Positions 34,795-38,660 of a DNA stretch of 38,660 bases are shown here, piece after piece. The stretch spans positions 1 through 38,660 of the forward strand of contig JAGGYQ010000046.1 of assembly GCA_021162425.1 (NCBI GenBank), read 5' to 3'. The translations under genes were made by a program, and so were the position numbers. Source of the stretch: Candidatus Aenigmatarchaeota archaeon (lineage in GTDB: Archaea > Aenigmatarchaeota > Aenigmatarchaeia > QMZP01 > QMZT01). Numbering within the stretch: the first letter of the stretch is position 1; the number at the start of each line of letters is the position of its first letter. The notes under the pieces are model-generated. The model searched no databases. It worked only from the letters and a program-made list of their open reading frames with translations, and was not told where the DNA came from.

Positions 34795-35613
34795 ATGAAC
34801 CCTAAGGCATACTTAAAAATGCTGCGTGTAAGAAACTGGTTGGGATACTTTCTTATCGCCACTTTGGGATATGTAATCTTCACAAAACTGAACGCTTACA
34901 TTTCAGAAACAATATTCTTTTATGCGCTCATTTGCCTGTGCTTGGGTTTTAGTTTTTCCATAAACAATTGTTTTGATAACAAGGAGGATTTATTAAAAAT
35001 AAAAAACAGCAACCCGGTAGCTGCAGAAGAAATAAGGCAGAAAGAGGGCATAGTATTCTCCCTGCTTTTAGCATTCCTTGGGATGATCCTTTCTCTTCTG
35101 CGTGGTTTAAATGTTTTCTATTTCTTTTCTGTTCTCATTTTTCTGTCATTTTCGTATTCCTCCCCACCGTTCAGATTAAAGTCAAAACCGCTTCTCGATC
35201 TAATCTCCCATGGTCTTTTTTTCGGTTCTTTACTCTTTTTATTCCCTTCTGTGTTCTTTTCCAAAAGTTCCGAGCTCTTGCACATTCTCATTGCAATATC
35301 CATATTTTATTTTTCTCTCATCCTTGAACTGAGAAACCACATAGAAGATTATGATAGCGATAAAAAAGCTGGTCTAAGAACAACAGTTTGCATGCTTGGA
35401 TTGGATACATCCAAAAAACTCACGCATTCTCTCTCGCTTCTGTTTCCTTTATCGCTCCTGCCTGTTTTCTTCACAATTAACAAGCACACAACAATGTTTC
35501 TGGCAATAACAGCGGTTTTTTACCTTATGTTTTGCACAAAGAAATCTTACAGGGTACTTGATATTTATTCCAATCTCTCATATTTTTTAATAGCATTAGG
35601 TGTTTTACTATGA
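34795..35613 (+). CDS. UbiA-superfamily prenyltransferase (membrane)
   Basis: Multi-TM protein with the two Asp-rich motifs NNCFDNKED (NxxxDxxxD) and EDYDSDKKAG. The ATG at 34795 (MNPKAYLKMLRVRNW) is preferred; the track start at 34654 runs through the hairpin and the tnpA remnant. Confidence 0.8.
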   Translation: MNPKAYLKMLRVRNWLGYFLIATLGYVIFTKLNAYISETIFFYALICLCLGFSFSINNCFDNKEDLLKIKNSNPVAAEEIRQKEGIVFSLLLAFLGMILSLLRGLNVFYFFSVLIFLSFSYSSPPFRLKSKPLLDLISHGLFFGSLLFLFPSVFFSKSSELLHILIAISIFYFSLILELRNHIEDYDSDKKAGLRTTVCMLGLDTSKKLTHSLSLLFPLSLLPVFFTINKHTTMFLAITAVFYLMFCTKKSYRVLDIYSNLSYFLIALGVLL

Positions 35614-36698
35614 GGATAGCGCTCTGTAGCGATTATTTTTATCCGAAAATAGGGGGGATAACAACCCATATAGAGGGCTTGGCAAGGGCATTGGAAGAAA
35701 GAGGGCACGAGGTAGCGATAATCACAAAGAAAGCAAAATTTGATGATAGACAGCACAAGCTAAAAGTGATCCGCGTGAATTCGATTTTTAAAACCTCAAG
35801 GGTATTGGACATACCCCAAAGTTCCGAGCTAGAAAGAAGAATAAAAGAATTTAAACCGGATGTAATTCACGGACATCACGCTTTTTCGCCAATATCCCTT
35901 CTTTCCATATCCGCAGGCAAAAAACTGGGGATAAAAACAGTTTTAACCAACCACTCCATCCAGTTCCTGTACGATTTCGATTACTTGTGGAAACCATCAT
36001 CTTATGTTCTTTTTCCTTACAGGGAATATATTAACAACGCTGACAGAATAATTGCAGTAAGCAACGCGGCTGCAAAATTTATATCCCATTTCACATCAAA
36101 GAATGTAGAGATAATAGGCAATGCGATAAATGTCAATGAGTTTTCTCCGGAAGTTAAAATGTTTGACGGAAAAAGTGTGCTTTTTGTTGGAAGATTTACC
36201 TATCGAAAAGGAATTTATATTCTTTTAGAGGCTTTTCAAAAAGTTAAACAAGAAGTGGAAAATGCACATCTCACGCTTGTGGGCAGCGGTTACTTTTCTC
36301 ATATAACAGATTTGCTTATACGGGCTTTAAATTTAAACAAAAATGTTTCTGTAATGGAAGGGGTGAAAAAAGAAAAACTTGTAGAAATTTATCAGAATTC
36401 CCATGTATTTGTTCTCCCTTCTGTTTACGGAGAATCGTTCGGTATAGTTCTTTTAGAGGCAATGGCATCAAAAACGCCTATAATTGCTTCTGATGACGGA
36501 GGAATAAATGAGTTAATAAAAAATGAGAAGACGGGATTTATTGTAAAAAAAGGCGATGCAGGAAAATTATCTGAAAAAATAGCTGAATTACTTTTGGACC
36601 AAAATCTCTCAAAGAAAATTTCAAGCGCTGCATTTCGCGAAGTTAAAAAGTACGATTGGAAAAATATAGTCAAAAAATTAGAAACTGTTTATAGGTAG
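35610..36698 (+). CDS. GT4-family (GT-B fold) glycosyltransferase
   Basis: MRIALCSDYFYPKIGGITTHIEGLARALEERGHEV at the N-terminus, and the C-terminal EX7E block PSVYESFGIVLLEAMASKTPIIASD.GG. The start overlaps the UbiA-family stop (ATGA). Confidence 0.9.
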   Translation: MRIALCSDYFYPKIGGITTHIEGLARALEERGHEVAIITKKAKFDDRQHKLKVIRVNSIFKTSRVLDIPQSSELERRIKEFKPDVIHGHHAFSPISLLSISAGKKLGIKTVLTNHSIQFLYDFDYLWKPSSYVLFPYREYINNADRIIAVSNAAAKFISHFTSKNVEIIGNAINVNEFSPEVKMFDGKSVLFVGRFTYRKGIYILLEAFQKVKQEVENAHLTLVGSGYFSHITDLLIRALNLNKNVSVMEGVKKEKLVEIYQNSHVFVLPSVYGESFGIVLLEAMASKTPIIASDDGGINELIKNEKTGFIVKKGDAGKLSEKIAELLLDQNLSKKISSAAFREVKKYDWKNIVKKLETVYR

Positions 36699-36703
36699 TG
36701 AAA

Positions 36704-37825
36704 ATGGTTGAAATAAGCGTGATTATTCCTGTATATCGAGGATCAAGGCTATTGCCAGAACTGTTAGGCACATTGTTAAACCAGAAAATGGATCCAGGGC
36801 TTTACGAGATCATTGTGATAATAGATGAACCAACCGAATACTCTTTAAACCTCTTAAAAAAATATGAGAAAAAAGTGAGATTTGTTGTAAATAAAAAAAG
36901 GCTTGGAAAGGCAAACGTCTTGAATCACGCTGTTAAGCGTTCCTCTGGAAATATACTGCTTTTTCTTGACAGCGATATAACCCTTCCGGACGACAGGGAT
37001 TATCTCAAAAAGATTATAGATGAAATGGAAGATGCTGATATTTTGGATATAAAAAAGGAAGTAATAAGGAATTCATTTCTATCAAGAATTACTTATTATG
37101 AATACGTTGGTTTTAACATAGGTTCTTGGTTTGTCTCCAAATTTGCTGGAAAATGCCCGGCTGTCAATGGTTCAGCATTTGCTGTAAAGAAGAAAGTGTT
37201 AACTTCATTAAAAGGCTTCAGAAAAGTTATCGCAGAAGATTTGGACCTCGCTGTAAGAGCTTTCCTTGAAAATTACAGATTTAAATACACCAAACAGATT
37301 AACGTCTATAATTCTGTTCACTCGAACTGGAAAAATTGGCTTACACAGAGAAAAAGATGGTCAATAGGTGCTGCGTTGTGGTTTAAAGAATGGTACAAAG
37401 ATTTATTGAAAATTTGTGCAAAACAGCCCCAGATATTTCTCCCCGGTCTGTTTTTTCTGTTCCCTTCCATTGTGTTGGTATTGCTTTATTTTTTCATGCC
37501 GAACTTACTGATGTACAAATTTTTCTCTTTAATCTTTCTTTTACTCGCTGTGAAATTGAATTTTATGTTTCCTGTCCTTTGGTTATCCACAATCAGCATA
37601 GATTTTATAAAGAGTTTGTTGTCATCTGTTCTGAGTTTCCTCTCATTTTTGATTGTATTCTTTGTTTTATCGAAAAAACTGGATTTTCGGTTTAAGTTGC
37701 ATGAGTTCTTGGTTTACTATTTCTTTTACTCGCTTTTAGGATTGTTTGTTATGATCGCTGCTCTAATAAGTGTGTTTTTCTTTGATAGAAAAGCAGCGAG
37801 AGTGATATCAGACTGGAAAATATAG
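36704..37825 (+). CDS. GT2-family glycosyltransferase of the processive (D,D,D,QxxRW) type with a C-terminal TM bundle
   Basis: ISVIIPVYRG, LFLDSDI, AEDLDLA and QRKRW, followed by about 4 TM helices. The alternative GTG at 36698 overlaps the GT4 stop. Confidence 0.88.
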   Translation: MVEISVIIPVYRGSRLLPELLGTLLNQKMDPGLYEIIVIIDEPTEYSLNLLKKYEKKVRFVVNKKRLGKANVLNHAVKRSSGNILLFLDSDITLPDDRDYLKKIIDEMEDADILDIKKEVIRNSFLSRITYYEYVGFNIGSWFVSKFAGKCPAVNGSAFAVKKKVLTSLKGFRKVIAEDLDLAVRAFLENYRFKYTKQINVYNSVHSNWKNWLTQRKRWSIGAALWFKEWYKDLLKICAKQPQIFLPGLFFLFPSIVLVLLYFFMPNLLMYKFFSLIFLLLAVKLNFMFPVLWLSTISIDFIKSLLSSVLSFLSFLIVFFVLSKKLDFRFKLHEFLVYYFFYSLLGLFVMIAALISVFFFDRKAARVISDWKI

Positions 37826-37911
37826 GTTCTCTTTGCCATTTTCTAAAATTTATATATGTTACAAATAATTCATATATATGCAAAATTATGTTCATAATAT
37901 GGTGATTGAAA

Positions 37912-38660
37912 ATGGAAGATAAAAATATAGGGACAATAACCACGATTCAGATTTTGAAATCTGCAATTGGAAATCCAGTTACGAGAGAGTTGATTTCTTC
38001 CATTTCTAACTGGTGCGAGAAGGACCGAAAGAATAGATTAGAGGTGGCGTTAGAATTATGGACTAAACAAAGGAAGGACGCTTGCTGGAAATGCAAAGCA
38101 GCTGAAAAGGGATTGGCTAGAATTCTGAAGACCGGTGGGAAGGCATTTGGCGTTTCTGAGGAAGAAATGCGTAAAAAATTCAGCGACCCCTGGTGGAGGA
38201 AGGGACTGACGAATGTTTTGCGAGGTATAGCTAAATTTGGAATTCAGCGACCATTTGTTTCAGGAGCTCCATTCTTGGTTGTATGGGACATCACCTGTGC
38301 TTGCAATTTGAAGTGTAAGCATTGCTATGCCACAGCTGGAAGACCGCTACCAGATGAACTCACTACCGAAGAAGCGAAACAGGCGATAGATAAGCTGGAT
38401 CGAGCAGGCGTGCCAATAATCGCTTTTTCTGGAGGGGAGCCTTTGGTCAGGCCGGATATATTTGAATTATCCAGATATGCAGCAGATAAAGGAATTTATG
38501 TGGCGATGGCTACAAACGGGACATTGATAACGAAGGAGACTGTGAAAAAAATGAAAAAATCAGGAATACAATTCGTTCAAATTTCTTTAGATGGTGCTGA
38601 TGCAAAAACCCATGATGGATTTAGGGGTGTTCCAGGAGCATTTGACAGAACGGTTAAAGG
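37912..38660 (+). CDS. Radical SAM enzyme (MoaA/NirJ/PqqE-like core) with a ~130-aa N-terminal extension; 3' end lies outside the window
   Basis: Not in the ORF track because no stop lies in the window. Own translation from the ATG at 37912 (GGTGAT lies 5 nt upstream): MEDKNIG...ACWKCKAAEKG...PWWRKGLTNVLRGIAKFGIQRPFVSGAPFLVVWDITCACNLKCKHCY...AFSGGEPLVRPD...MATNGTL...VQISLDGADAKTHD. CxxxCxxC and GGEPL motifs are present. Confidence 0.85.
   Translation, partial: MEDKNIGTITTIQILKSAIGNPVTRELISSISNWCEKDRKNRLEVALELWTKQRKDACWKCKAAEKGLARILKTGGKAFGVSEEEMRKKFSDPWWRKGLTNVLRGIAKFGIQRPFVSGAPFLVVWDITCACNLKCKHCYATAGRPLPDELTTEEAKQAIDKLDRAGVPIIAFSGGEPLVRPDIFELSRYAADKGIYVAMATNGTLITKETVKKMKKSGIQFVQISLDGADAKTHDGFRGVPGAFDRTVK

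Noticed and set aside
1-38660. Window-wide look for CRISPR arrays, rRNA and tRNA genes, integrases and intact IS elements.
   Set aside because: No regularly spaced direct repeats were found, and no rRNA- or tRNA-like GC-rich structured segments. No integrase or recombinase motifs were recognised. The only transposase-like sequence is the decayed IS200 remnant reported above.

Overview
AT-rich (about 40% GC by eye) archaeal chromosomal window. Archaeal origin is supported by RpoK, a thermosome, GatD/GatE, a diphthamide ligase, a Hef-type helicase, Rad50 with a zinc hook and HerA. Genes are densely packed, often with overlapping stop and start codons. No rRNA, tRNA or CRISPR array was found. 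Most of the window is housekeeping: purine, NAD and one-carbon metabolism, translation, RNA helicases and RNA methylation. Six regions deserve a second look. (1) 2909-8665 is an eleven-gene, translationally coupled operon: DUF5320, DUF134, a split permease, two NifX-like proteins, two MinD-type ATPases with inserted 2x[4Fe-4S] domains, and embedded UDG4, CoA-binding and TrmO-like genes. It is preceded by a twin palindromic operator, and three of its proteins carry GRGFGRG-type tails. This is a recognisable but functionally uncharacterised metallocluster-type system and my best candidate for new biology. (2) 146-2833 is a compact heat-shock module: hsp20, a wHTH regulator and a thermosome. (3) 20928-23342 is an accessory-looking patch with a GC-rich membrane protein gene, two small secreted or membrane peptides (one a glycine-zipper peptide missing from the ORF track) and a standalone C39-like cysteine peptidase bracketed by a ~40-nt imperfect inverted repeat. 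(4) rad50 has no adjacent mre11, and herA is paired with a 131-aa possibly PIN-like protein instead of nurA; a large Cys-rich multi-domain surface protein lies between them. (5) 34235-34754 holds a decayed IS200-like tnpA with its upstream hairpin. (6) 34795-38660 is a UbiA, GT4, processive-type GT2 and radical-SAM envelope cluster. All family calls come from motif recognition by eye; no database search was run.
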